From the NCBI GenBank assembly GCA_002104905.1, contig MCFE01000206.1, forward strand, positions 62,001-126,000: DNA of 64,000 bases, in the 5' to 3' direction. Below the pieces are notes generated by a model. It was not told the DNA's origin, did not search any database, and worked only from the letters and a program-made list of their open reading frames with translations. Shown here in pieces: positions 41,654-52,557 of the stretch. The DNA is from Basidiobolus meristosporus CBS 931.73 (taxonomy: Eukaryota; Fungi; Basidiobolomycota). Position numbers and translations under genes: made by a program. Position 1 is the first letter of the stretch, and every line of letters starts with the position of its first letter.

Positions 41654-44292
41654 CCTTGCCTCGAGAAACCCAATAAGACGACTTCGTTGACAGTTGAACG
41701 ACACGGAGTATTTGTGGAAAGAAGGTTCAGAGGATGTTTCAAGTGGTGCACCATCACCGCCGAATATTTATATGAGTAGTCTCTCGCAACCTATATGGTT
41801 TGGCGTTGATGGGAACTACTGATTGGATGAGGAAATGCAAGTCACCATGCCAAATAAATATGCTTTTAATATGGCACTTTTCTCTTGAATACTAGCGTAA
41901 TCAGGTAGCAGGCTGTAATGAGATAGGTGAGTCTTACAAGTGACGATAGAGGTGCTCTATTTAGTAGCTGAAATACACCAATCAACAGCGTTACACCAGG
42001 AAATCTGGCTGAGAGCATTGAATTTGGCCGAAGTGGATCTAGATATTGCTCGTGTGGCTGTGTGATAGAGTGGACTTTAGAATTGCTCTCTATGGTTTTG
42101 ACACATCGTGTTAGCCATCTTTCAGAATGTTGCATAATTCCTTATGTGATCCCATACACCAAGTGCATACACATGAGTGCTGTTTGTCGATCAAAGGCAT
42201 ATTGCTTGACGACCTGAAAGCACATTCGCCTGTACGCAAAGTGGCTCCCAATGGTTTTCAAGTTCCGTGGATCACACCTGGGGATCTTGATGGCTTGGAA
42301 TCAATATATCTTGATCAATGGATGGTGTATTCCAGAGTGATGTTACCAGCGAAGAGTAAGCTGCTTCCAATGGTACCAGGCACTATCCCAGCTCGATTGA
42401 TTGGCAAATCAAATGGTAACTCAGGATTGATAACCAATAATACCCTATATACTCCTGATTCCAACCAGATTATAAGCTCCGGTAACGGATACGAGCATCG
42501 GAGAGCAAAATCAGGAATAGGAAATTGTCGTAAATTCGAACCTGCTATCTTGACCTAGTTTCCATAGGTATCGTCCTAATCCGTTTAACAACTAGTTCCT
42601 TGATGAAGCAATCTAAGTGGGTAGTTGTGCAAGTTCATATGCATATGTAAGCCACCATGGACGGTCTAGATGAAGAGGTGGCAACTTGGAATGTTATAAA
42701 AATATGCTTCAGTGATTTAACCTTAGCCAAGGTATACACACGAGAGCCAACCCTAGCATTCCGTTGATGGAATGGTTGTACTCGTCTAGCGACCATGCTT
42801 CCTATAGATTGCCCCTAATGAATAATGCTCACTGGTACAGTGTACTCAGTGGTGAATACTGAACATCCTGGATACGCTCATCTGAGGATTGGTGCAGCCG
42901 AGTTAATATACTCCTATCCATACCCATCATTTTGTGAAGTGCAACGACGCTGTACTGGGTCATTGAATGGGGAAGAATTAAATCATATCGGGTTTATCAA
43001 ACCTAGCAATGCGTATTTGGATGATGGGATTGTATTTGGTTGGTATGCTTTGTAATGAAAGCAAATATTGCCAATCTAAGGTGGCGGCTACATAGGGCTA
43101 CCAAACTGGGAAATCACCAAGAGACCCATTGGGTCGCTCGAGCAAACCAATGATGTGTTGGGTGAGGTGGTGGTGGACGGCAACGCATATTTGCCGTACA
43201 ATAGGAATCTAAATCTAAAACTGCGACAATCCACTTTTACATCGAACCCAAAGAGATGGAACTATCCCAATAAGTGCCCTGGTTCACCAAGCGGCTTGGA
43301 TAAGTTTGGGACTAAATGAAATGTAATAATTCCTCTTGAGATCGATCGTCTAGAGTTAGTTTTACTGATGTTCCATGTTGTGCTGCATTAGCTGATTAGA
43401 TGTATCGTTCGGACGCATCTGTCTCTGGTTGCGTTGACTCCCCTTCACTACCAATTTCTGTGCTACATTGGGAAAGGGAATTCCCAAAATGAGATAGAGC
43501 TATCATTCGGTGTTGGTGGATCAGGAGAAATTCTCGGCATGATTTTTCCAGACAGTAGTTAAGCTGGTTGACAAAACTGAGACTGCTCGGAGAAATTCTC
43601 TATTTTAGTGACACACTCACGAGAATTCCTTCGAAATAGAGGGGATGACCGAGACCTCGGCTTTGGCGATTTTTACGTTTTCCGTCTTTGTAAAATCAAG
43701 CTTCGAGTGCCAACGAGAGATTACAAATAGCGGCAATGCTCACGACATCTGCAGCCAATCCAGGCCACCGAGAAATTTGGAACATTGTGGATCGTAGAAA
43801 ACACACGGTGCTGTGCCTCTGGTCTTTCTATTTACCATATTGATAAACCTTTAGAGATTTTCTATGAAACATGGCGTGGATGGTGTGGCTGCAATCTTCG
43901 AGAATCCTATATGCTTTATCCGTCACAGCGATAGCATATGGTACCAGAGCTTCGAAGCACTCATGTGTCGGGTGGAAATGAAAACAATGAAACACCATGC
44001 AAACTATTGAGAGCACACTGGGGCCTTCAATCGACATAAGGTAGTATATTGGTCTTGAATATGGATGCATAGAGTTGAAAGCACCAAGTGCGGCGCCTAC
44101 GTACAGTAATGGACATCAAAGAAAATATTTCTAAGCATGTTTCGAGGCAGAACAGTCTCGTAACTTGGCTACGCTACTCTGTGGCTACAGAGTAGGAAAG
44201 GCCAATACACCGAAGCGGAGTTGAACCAATGTTGATTTGTATATTAGTTATCGCAATCAATTTTGGTCGAACATAGTTAATGAATGGGTCTT

Positions 44293-44826
44293 TTATCTAG
44301 TTGGTGAAGAACAACATCCTTTTTCTTCGTGCTTCACCAAGCTATCACGTCGAGCGAAAGGCTTGGAACACTCCGAACAACGATATAGTGTGGTCGTCTG
44401 ATGCACTGTAGCCAAATGTCGCCGTAAGTCATGTTTTCTCCCAAACGCTTTTGAACATTCTGGACACTTAAACGGGCGAGCTAGTTCGGGGTAGTGAGTT
44501 CGGGTATGGACGTTGAGATTGTATTTTCGAGCAAAACTCTTCATACAGCCGGGATAAATACAAGGATAGTGCTTGTCACTCGGCGTGGGCGGTGGCGTTG
44601 AATCATGCGTTGAATCGTATACAGAAAATGCATTGTGCGAGGTGGTCGTTGTTGTGGAAGCATGTTCTGATATTTGGTTTTCTTCAGCACTGGAATCTCG
44701 CGAGCTTACGGTGTCAGTATATGTTGCTGTAGTAGAAGTGCCTAATACTGTATCAAGAAAATTGTGTCTAGTGTGGTGGTCCTCATTGTTGAAATTAGAT
44801 GAATTCTGGAGGCTCATGAGTTCCAT
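44293..44826 (-). CDS. Three-finger C2H2 transcription factor with Crz1-like recognition helices
   Basis: CIYPGC..RKYNLNVHTRTH; CPEC..RKHDLRRHLATVH; CSEC..RRDSLVKH..C; S/T-rich N-terminus; an upstream exon is possible (polypyrimidine..CTAG before the ATG). Confidence 0.85.
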   Translation of the reverse strand: MELMSLQNSSNFNNEDHHTRHNFLDTVLGTSTTATYTDTVSSRDSSAEENQISEHASTTTTTSHNAFSVYDSTHDSTPPPTPSDKHYPCIYPGCMKSFARKYNLNVHTRTHYPELARPFKCPECSKAFGRKHDLRRHLATVHQTTTLYRCSECSKPFARRDSLVKHEEKGCCSSPTR

Positions 44827-47800
44827 TGAAGACTAGCAGACAATGAAAATCAAGAGGCAGGAAATCCGGGAAGGATTGTAGATACTGAAGGATACGAAAA
44901 TGTCGTCAGGTGCAGTCTACAGCTCAGTATTATAGACAAATTCCAAGCGCTACTGGTGGAATTTGCACAGGTCACCTGGAAAAATAGGCCAGCAGTAGGA
45001 TGCCGATATCAGATAAATAAAGTGATAAAAATAATCCTAGATGTAAAACTAGAGTTTGTTGGTTAGAGGTTCGAAAAAATGTAGCACAGTTGTCCTAGAT
45101 ATAGAAATAGAGTACCTGACGCAGGCTGGGGATTCTAACCGACACTCGTCAATTGCGGCCCCGTTCTGTACTAATCGATCGAACCAGTTAACTGATTCTT
45201 AGACCGCCATCATCCATGTTTCGATCCCTCACCCGGTATGTTCATCCACCGATAATTGCGGCGATTGCCCCATCTCCCAACAGTTGATTAATCGTTTGAT
45301 GTTTCATGCCTAAATGCCAAGAAGTCCAGTAGTGGATCCGCATATTACCGCAATGGGCACGATCTACCGAATTTTAACGCTGCTGCATCGTGATCTCAAT
45401 TTTTTGTTTCTAATGGTAGCGCAGCAATACCCCTTAGCTTGGCAACAAATCTCGTCTGATTCCATGTTTTTGCCAATTTCAAGTCAGGCGTACTACCACA
45501 CAGTCATCTCGGATATTTCTACCCATGATGCCGAATGCATTCTCCCACGCAAGAGTGTGAACGATTATGCGGCCAATTCTAGACTGGCTATATATACGGC
45601 TAGGCTCAATGAATATCCCGCATCTATGTGAAAGTATATCGCTGTTCAATATCAATGAGCTCTCAGAAGGCCAAACAATCCACTGATGTGGTAAAGGACG
45701 TATCATCCAGCACTGAAGACATTTGGTACAGTGAATCTAGTTTCAAACACTGATCAACGTTGGAGGGCTCTCTTGAGGGCGGATTTAGAGAATTTTATCT
45801 AGATATATCCAATAGTGAATGGCCTAAAAGGTTAGATAGATACTGACTGGTATGCTCTGTACTAGATGGCTATATATATTCTTGCCAAATCCATGAGCTT
45901 TTTGTGAGTTTACGCAGCAGCAATCCTTTCGAGCATTCCAAACTATGCGACTTCTATGTTTACTGTGCAGAAATACAAAGCTCTTAGCATATTAGCCACG
46001 CACCTAATTATCCACCACATTACCCTTGAGATTGCTTTGAAACTTGGCTTTGAGGTCCAAGAGTAGAAGACAAGGGGAGACAAAGGGTGTATTTGCCTAG
46101 AGAGTGTACTTCATTGGAAGTGAAATAATATTTATATTGGCCAAACCAGTTTTTAGTACTAGTATTTACATTGCAGTATGATTTCTCTTGATTATGAATC
46201 CCTTTAAGGCAAATTGGATTTCTGCTGGTATTATACTGGTATTTTTTTAAAGTTACAACTTTCAGTACCAGAAGTTCTAGCCTCTGTGTGGACAAGTAGA
46301 CATATGTCCTAGAAAGTATTGTGTCCCAGTAATCCTCATACCAAAGATGGTAATGGCCAGCTCACTGGCTCTGGAGATACACTTGAAAATTTGACTGAAA
46401 AATATCAGCAGAATACCATGTGAGATCCAAGTTTTTTTCACAGGGATTGGTAGCTTAGCCTGCTCTTAAAAAAACCAAAGTGCTAGAGTTCTGTGAGTTG
46501 ATTAATTAAAATAGAAATTCGAGTGAAGGCTACTGAATACTAAATATCAGTTTTCTGGTCTTGCAGGCTCTATTTGTTGATTAATTAGGTAGAAGAAATA
46601 TTTACACCTTGAAGATATTCCCAGGCCTTCCAGAAGACGGATCAATGGGTGATGTAACAAAGTTTTGTCAATTTCATGCAACAATTCGAAACAAATATTT
46701 TCTAAGCGTGGCTAATCATCATGTTGTGCACTCTAAACTCATCCGTAGTTGGATTTTAATATCGAGTCAACAGCTATCCAATAAAAATCTTTGAATCTTA
46801 GGGTAATTTTAGAGTTGCATTTGTGCTTGTTTAATTCCAACAATCGTTCATGTGGCTCACTATAAAGAGCGAGGCCACCTTTGTGGTGATCTTAAATTTC
46901 AAGAGGGAATGAAAACTCGTTTACACCAACATCCCCTGAGGGTAAACATTGGCGCACTTTTCCTAATGCCTAGGGTTCAATTACTCATACGATTCCTATA
47001 GCCATGTGATATTTAGCCCTCAAAGTTATTTTATATAAAGGTTCAGAAGCCTAATCTAGTTACAAATATTTTGCAGAAAACACCATAGTGTAACAAATGA
47101 TAAGAGCCTTTTCTGATGATACATTCAATGACTTGACGTATTATCCATTGTTCGCACCACACACCATGGCCCCCTTTTTTATTATGTTGAAGTTCAGGGC
47201 GGCCTGGTAAATGAGGTATAGAAAAACAGTAGAGTATATCGAAAGTACAGAAGCAACTTACCCGTTGTTTGTAATATTGATCGAAAAGAAGCAATGCTCA
47301 TAGATGCTCTTTTCTCAGCACATTCAGCATATTTGGCTTAGTATTCCTGCTATGACTTAGTTGCCCATATCTCTGATATCCAACCAATTGAGTCAATCCC
47401 AGAGTACTAGATTCACTGTTCAACCAAGAGAGCAAATAGTAGCAAGTCTTTTCGAAAGGAGACTACCATTAATTATCCATGAGTCATGCTATTTCGAACC
47501 TAATTTTCCAAAGATATTAATAGAAGTGTCCCAGGCGATTCGGTCATTCTGGGAGGAAGAAACACCAGCATCCTTGTCATCCTTTCCAGAAATGGAATTG
47601 GGCAATGCCATACTGGTCCGATTACCATGGGACTTTATATACCCGCATGACAATCTACATGGCCCTACCTACCAGCAGAATACCATTTCTACCATTTTCA
47701 TCGTTAGTGTGCGTAAAAAGTTTACTTAGCAAGCGATTAAAGCCGTGGCTCTCCAGGGCGCTGGTACCTGGCCACAGCAAAGTATTACTTGTCAGTAAGG

Positions 47801-48424
47801 TACACTAGAGAATCCATCTTTTGGATGATATCAGGTACTAAGAGTAGAGCATACGACCTTGTAGTGTGACTTATCATCACTGGTTGTAATTTTTATGACA
47901 AACGTGTCTGAAGAGGGTTGAAATCGTAAGTAGTCTACCTAATAAAGAAAGCGGAGTACTAACATGACAGCGGCATGATTATTTCAATACGAACAAACCA
48001 AATCTCATAGATGAACTGATAAGTTTCTGAGATATTAGAGTTTGAAGAGCGGAAAAACAATATAGCAGCTCTACGCACTGAAGAGTTAAGAGGATGTGAT
48101 TGGCTTGAAGAGAAAGCCAATTCTATTGATCTGTCACTGAGTACAAAGGAATTTCTGTCACAAATACTACGGAATAGGAGTAGTGCCTGCCTTACCTGAA
48201 ATAGCTCGATGTCGATAGTATGGGAATCCATGGATCCTATCTGAAGTTAAAGCTCACGTCGATAAACATTGGAGAAAGGTATAAATATGAGGTGATGCAG
48301 TGAGAGGCTCCTCATACTAATGGAAAAAGTCTATTCCCCTCAAGTATTCTCAACCCTACCAAGCGATAACTGTTCTGGTGAAACCACTTCTGGCTAATTC
48401 AACCGCATACCGAAACTATGAAAA

Positions 48425-51157
48425 ATGTCTTCCAAGTCTAAGAATGACATCATCCTTGTCCCCGAAGGCTACGCTATGGCCGACTCCATCCTGGGGGAGC
48501 TTGCTTGTTACTCTGTTCAGCCACTTGCATGGAGTGACATTGAGTTTCTGCAGACGAAATATGGGAAAAATACTGTGGCGGAAAAAAAGCCAGTTCGATG
48601 GTACGCTATAGTCTTTCATGCCTTGATACACCCTTTCAATATTCTTCTGGCCATCCTGGCCATTTTCTCCGGGGCTACTGGAGAGATCGATACCACAATC
48701 ATCATGATTGTGATGGTTGCATTGAGCGTTATCCTTCGCTCTGTCCAGGAATTCAAGTCGGAGGTGGCTGCTCAGAGTTTGAAGGAGTTGGTGAATAACA
48801 AATGTACCGTTATCCGCAAATATGCCGCCCCCGATACAAGAGATCCTCTACATGAAGACTTACTCAAAATTGAGCGCGGTGAGGTTGCTGAGTACGAAAT
48901 CCCGTTTGAGGATATTGTTCCTGGAGATTGCATCAAGTTAAGGGCTGGTGACCTGGTCCCGGCTGATTTGCAGTTGATCTTATCCAAGGATCTTTTCATC
49001 TCGCAAGCATCGTTGACTGGAGAGGCAATGCCAGTAGAGAAATCCTCATCCGGCTTTATCCTCCCAACAAACCCGAGCACCCCTACTGACTCTGGCGAAG
49101 ATATCTATGGCTTGTCACGGCCCGATATGTGTTTCATGGGGACCAGTGTGGTCAGTGGAACTGCCACTGGCATAGTGAAAACCATTGGGACCAACACGGT
49201 GTTTGGAGCAATGGCGAAGCAGTTGATTGCACAGCGTCCAATTAATGCCTTTCAGAAAGGGATTCGAAGGATCAGTTACCTGTTTATTGGGATCATGCTC
49301 ATTATGCTACCATTGGTCTTTGTCATATCAGGGATTACTAGCCATGATTGGTTGCAAGCAGCCCTCTTTGCTGCATCAGTTGCAGTTGGACTGACACCAG
49401 AAATGCTACCAATGATTGTCAATGCAAACCTGGCCCGAGGAGCATTAGTTCTGTCGAAGAAGAAGTGCATAGTCAAGAAGTTGGATTCCATTGTCAATAT
49501 GGGCAGCATTGATGTGCTTTGTACTGATAAAACTGGCACATTGACGGAGGACAAGGTCTCGCTTGTGAAGCATCTAAATAGCAGTGGCCAACCCTCACTT
49601 TTCCCTCTGGAACTCGCATTCCTCAATTCAAACTTCCAAACCGGCCTGAAGAACTTGTTGGATTTTGCCGTCATCGAATACTACAATAAGAAGCCTAGTC
49701 TCTCATTGGGCGAGTATTCCAAAGTGGATGAGATTCCGTTCGATTTCGTTCGACGCAAGATGTCCGTAGTGATTAGAGACCGGTCCAACATGGATCATCT
49801 GTTGATTACGAAAGGTGCAGTTGATGAGATGCTGGCTTCATGCTCCCGGATCTTTGTGGGGAGCCAAACCAACTCTGACGAAGCAAGAGGTGGTATCGCT
49901 TTACCCACGGATAGCATCATTGACCTCACTGACGACCATCGGAGCGAGTTGCAGGCTTTGAATCATGAGCTGAACGATGATGGTCTTCGTGTGATAGCCG
50001 TTGCCTACCGTGTTCTGGACAGGGATTATAAGGACCTCACTACTGCCCAAGAAACAAAGATGGTATTTGCAGGATATATTGCCTTCCTCGATCCGCCCAA
50101 GCCAAGCACTGCCGTTGCGATCCGCGAGCTGCGTGATTATGGGGTGACAATTAAAGTTTTGACGGGGGATGCCGCTGCCGTTTGCCGCAAGGTTTGCCAA
50201 GAGATTCAACTTCCAGTCAACTCTATTGTGACCACGACTGATCTTGAGGATGTCAGCGAGGAACGTTTCACCGAAATTGTAGAAGAGGGAACAATTTTCG
50301 CAAAGCTCACACCGATTCAGAAGGCTCAGGTAATCCGAGCGCTAAAGAAGAAAGGTCATGTTGTGGGGTTCCTGGGTGATGGTATCAACGATGCACCTGC
50401 TTTGAGGGAGAGTGATTGTGGGATATCGGTTGATACCGGAACCGACATTGCAAAGGAATCCGCAGATATCATTTTGTTGGAGAAGAATTTGATGGTCTTG
50501 GTTGACGGAGTAATCCGAGGACGTATCACTTACGGGAACACTATCAAGTACATCAAGATGGCTATTTCATCGAACTTTGGCAACGTGTTCAGCATGTTGG
50601 TGGCATCTATCTGGCTTCCATTTCTACCAATGCTTCCGATCCAGGTGCTAGTGCAAAACCTACTCTATGATATCTCCCAGATTGCTATCCCATGGGACAG
50701 GATGGATCAGGATTTCTTGAACACTCCGAAATCATGGTCAGCCAAAGGGATTATTCGGTTCATGGTCTTCATTGGGCCTATTTCATCGATCTTTGATGTT
50801 ACAACCTTCATTTACATGTGGTTTTATTTTGGTTGCACCACCCCGGATGATCAAGCCCTCTTCCAATCTGGTTGGTTTGTGATAGGCCTACTCACGCAGA
50901 CCCTGATTGTACACATGATTCGAACTCCGCTGATTCCATTCATTCAGAGTCGTGCCTCACTCCCACTACTTTTATCCACATTTGCTGTTATGGTCATTGG
51001 GTTCATTATTCCATTTACTCCCCTGAAAGAGGCACTTTCCATGGTAACGCTGCCAGGAATGTACTATCCTTACTTGTTTTCGGCACTACTTGCTTATTGC
51101 TTGCTCACCCAACTCATCAAAGCTATATATATTTGGTACTTCCGGACTTGGTTGTAA
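48425..51157 (+). CDS. mgtA: Mg2+-transporting P-type ATPase, type IIIB (MgtA/MgtB-like), intronless 910 aa
   Basis: LTGEAMPVEK, AVGLTPEMLPMIVNANLARGA, DKTGTLT, IPFDFVRRKMSV, FLDPPK, LTGD, GDGINDAPAL, SSNFGNVFSML, QNLLYDISQIAIPWD, QSGWF..GLLTQTLIVHMIRT. Confidence 0.95.
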   Translation: MSSKSKNDIILVPEGYAMADSILGELACYSVQPLAWSDIEFLQTKYGKNTVAEKKPVRWYAIVFHALIHPFNILLAILAIFSGATGEIDTTIIMIVMVALSVILRSVQEFKSEVAAQSLKELVNNKCTVIRKYAAPDTRDPLHEDLLKIERGEVAEYEIPFEDIVPGDCIKLRAGDLVPADLQLILSKDLFISQASLTGEAMPVEKSSSGFILPTNPSTPTDSGEDIYGLSRPDMCFMGTSVVSGTATGIVKTIGTNTVFGAMAKQLIAQRPINAFQKGIRRISYLFIGIMLIMLPLVFVISGITSHDWLQAALFAASVAVGLTPEMLPMIVNANLARGALVLSKKKCIVKKLDSIVNMGSIDVLCTDKTGTLTEDKVSLVKHLNSSGQPSLFPLELAFLNSNFQTGLKNLLDFAVIEYYNKKPSLSLGEYSKVDEIPFDFVRRKMSVVIRDRSNMDHLLITKGAVDEMLASCSRIFVGSQTNSDEARGGIALPTDSIIDLTDDHRSELQALNHELNDDGLRVIAVAYRVLDRDYKDLTTAQETKMVFAGYIAFLDPPKPSTAVAIRELRDYGVTIKVLTGDAAAVCRKVCQEIQLPVNSIVTTTDLEDVSEERFTEIVEEGTIFAKLTPIQKAQVIRALKKKGHVVGFLGDGINDAPALRESDCGISVDTGTDIAKESADIILLEKNLMVLVDGVIRGRITYGNTIKYIKMAISSNFGNVFSMLVASIWLPFLPMLPIQVLVQNLLYDISQIAIPWDRMDQDFLNTPKSWSAKGIIRFMVFIGPISSIFDVTTFIYMWFYFGCTTPDDQALFQSGWFVIGLLTQTLIVHMIRTPLIPFIQSRASLPLLLSTFAVMVIGFIIPFTPLKEALSMVTLPGMYYPYLFSALLAYCLLTQLIKAIYIWYFRTWL

Positions 51158-51481
51158 TAATAAGTGAAACTAATCCCTGATAAAGTTGATTTGCTCCAAT
51201 TGGTGGTCTATTCAAGAGGTCTTGGGCTAATCTTTTGCTGGGAAATTAGTATGCTTAAACTATATGACTTTAAAACAAGAAAACAGACCATCTTTACGGG
51301 AAAATGGATGTGCTAGATTACGGTTATCCAAAGTGTCAGGTAGCTGAATAGTCACCGGATTAATTCACTTCTTCAATTTATAATTCAGTAATAAGGTATA
51401 CTCATATCTAATGAGCTTTTAGACTATACCAACCTCTATGCAGCAAAGGGGCAATTACCAATGTTTAGGTTTAAACATTTC

Positions 51482-51740
51482 TTAGGGGGTGGCTATCACC
51501 AACAGGTGAAATCCTTATTCCAATACCTTAAAATATAGAAGCCAAGTGCTACATGGATAGCTTTTCACAAGTGGATACAGGGAAGGGTCATTTTGCAGAA
51601 GCTTATAAGAAAGGTCTCCAAGTTTAAGAGGAGTAAAAGCACAGTTAAGTGGTACTGCAGGAATAACTAGAGGAAGTAGTGGCTTACCAGCAATTACAAC
51701 TCAGTTAGTCAAGTAAAGATTGGAGTATGGTGTTTGAGGG
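51482..51740 (-). mobile_element. Non-LTR retrotransposon 3' fragment, lineage D
   Basis: Minus strand encodes KPLLPLVIPAVPLNCAFTP..DPSLYPLV, homologous to the C-terminus of the other copies; then TGGCTTCT, AATAAGGATTTCACC-TGTT-GGTGA and CCCCCTAA tail. Confidence 0.7.
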
Positions 51741-52050
51741 TGTTGTAGCAGTCTTGGAATTCTTGGAAGTGATTTGGAGAGCAAGCAGATTATGTAGCAT
51801 CTGCTTAATGATTTATTGAATGTAAAGTAGTATTTATACTTTTACATGGTCTTGGCATAACAAACAAGTAGAATAGGTTAAGGAAGGTCCCAAGAACATG
51901 TGCACAAAGTCTGGGGCTGTTTGGACAATTTATCTAATTTTCATGTTCTGGGTAAATATTCTCAGTAAATCCCAACAAGGAATTTGGTCGGTATTGTCTA
52001 GGATTTGAAGGTAATGATCTCAGTGACCAAGTTAGGTAAATATTTAGGTA
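51741..52050 (-). repeat. Older, divergent inverted copy of the Copia LTR lacking its first ~20 nt
   Basis: Reverse complement aligns to 52197-52545 (agatcattacc..ccttgttgggatttac..catgttcttgggaccttcctt..tacaaca) with many substitutions and an internal deletion. Confidence 0.9.
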
Positions 52051-52196
52051 GGGAGAGGGAAAGTCACCAACTTGGTGAAATCATTATTTGAGTCAAGAAC
52101 TAATCTAACTACAAATAAAGAAGCCAATTAAGAGGTCTGGAGCCTTTCTAACAAGTAATCTAATTTACATTTTGTTTCATCTCTAATGTTTGTTTC
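52051..52196 (-). mobile_element. Non-LTR lineage C, 3'-terminal part (left of the Copia insertion)
   Basis: Continues the frame from 57236 (YSIE|TNIRDETKCKLDYLLERLQTS*), then TGGCTTCTTT and the TCACC-N5-GGTGA hairpin. Confidence 0.75.
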
Positions 52197-52545
52197 TGTT
52201 GTAAAAATTCGTAATTCCACCTAAATATTCACCTAACTTAGTCACTTAGATCATTACCCTTAAATCCTAGAGAATACTGACCAAATTCCTTGTTGGGATT
52301 TACTTAGAGTATTTTCACCAAAATACCAGGTACCCTGAACATGAAAATTCTCAAAGTTGTCCAAACAGCCCCAAACCTTGCACACATGTTCTTGGGACCT
52401 TCCTTAGCCTATTCTACGTGCTTGTAATGCCAAGACTAGGTAAAAGTATAATTACTACTTTTACATTCAATAAATCATTAAGTGAAAACCACATAATCTA
52501 CTTGTTCTCCCAATCACTTCCAATATCTCCAAGACTCTTAAAACA
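52197..52545 (+). repeat. Copia 5' LTR (349 bp)
   Basis: Direct repeat of 56887-57235, followed immediately by the PBS. Confidence 0.95.
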
Positions 52546-52557
52546 GGTTATGAGCCC
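52546..52557 (+). promoter_or_regulatory. Primer-binding site complementary to the tRNA-iMet anticodon arm
   Basis: GGTTATGAGCCC directly after the 5' LTR; reverse complement GGGCTCATAACC is the fungal initiator tRNA anticodon region, as used by Ty5 and copia. Confidence 0.85.

Noticed and set aside
42127-42558. 143-aa ORF
   Set aside because: No recognisable motif; the antisense frame is similarly open; unsupported.
48425-51157. mgtA as bacterial contamination, or with a Mg2+ riboswitch/leader
   Set aside because: It is contiguous with spliced genes and fungal TEs, with no operon or Shine-Dalgarno context and no recognisable leader; read-level confirmation is still advisable.
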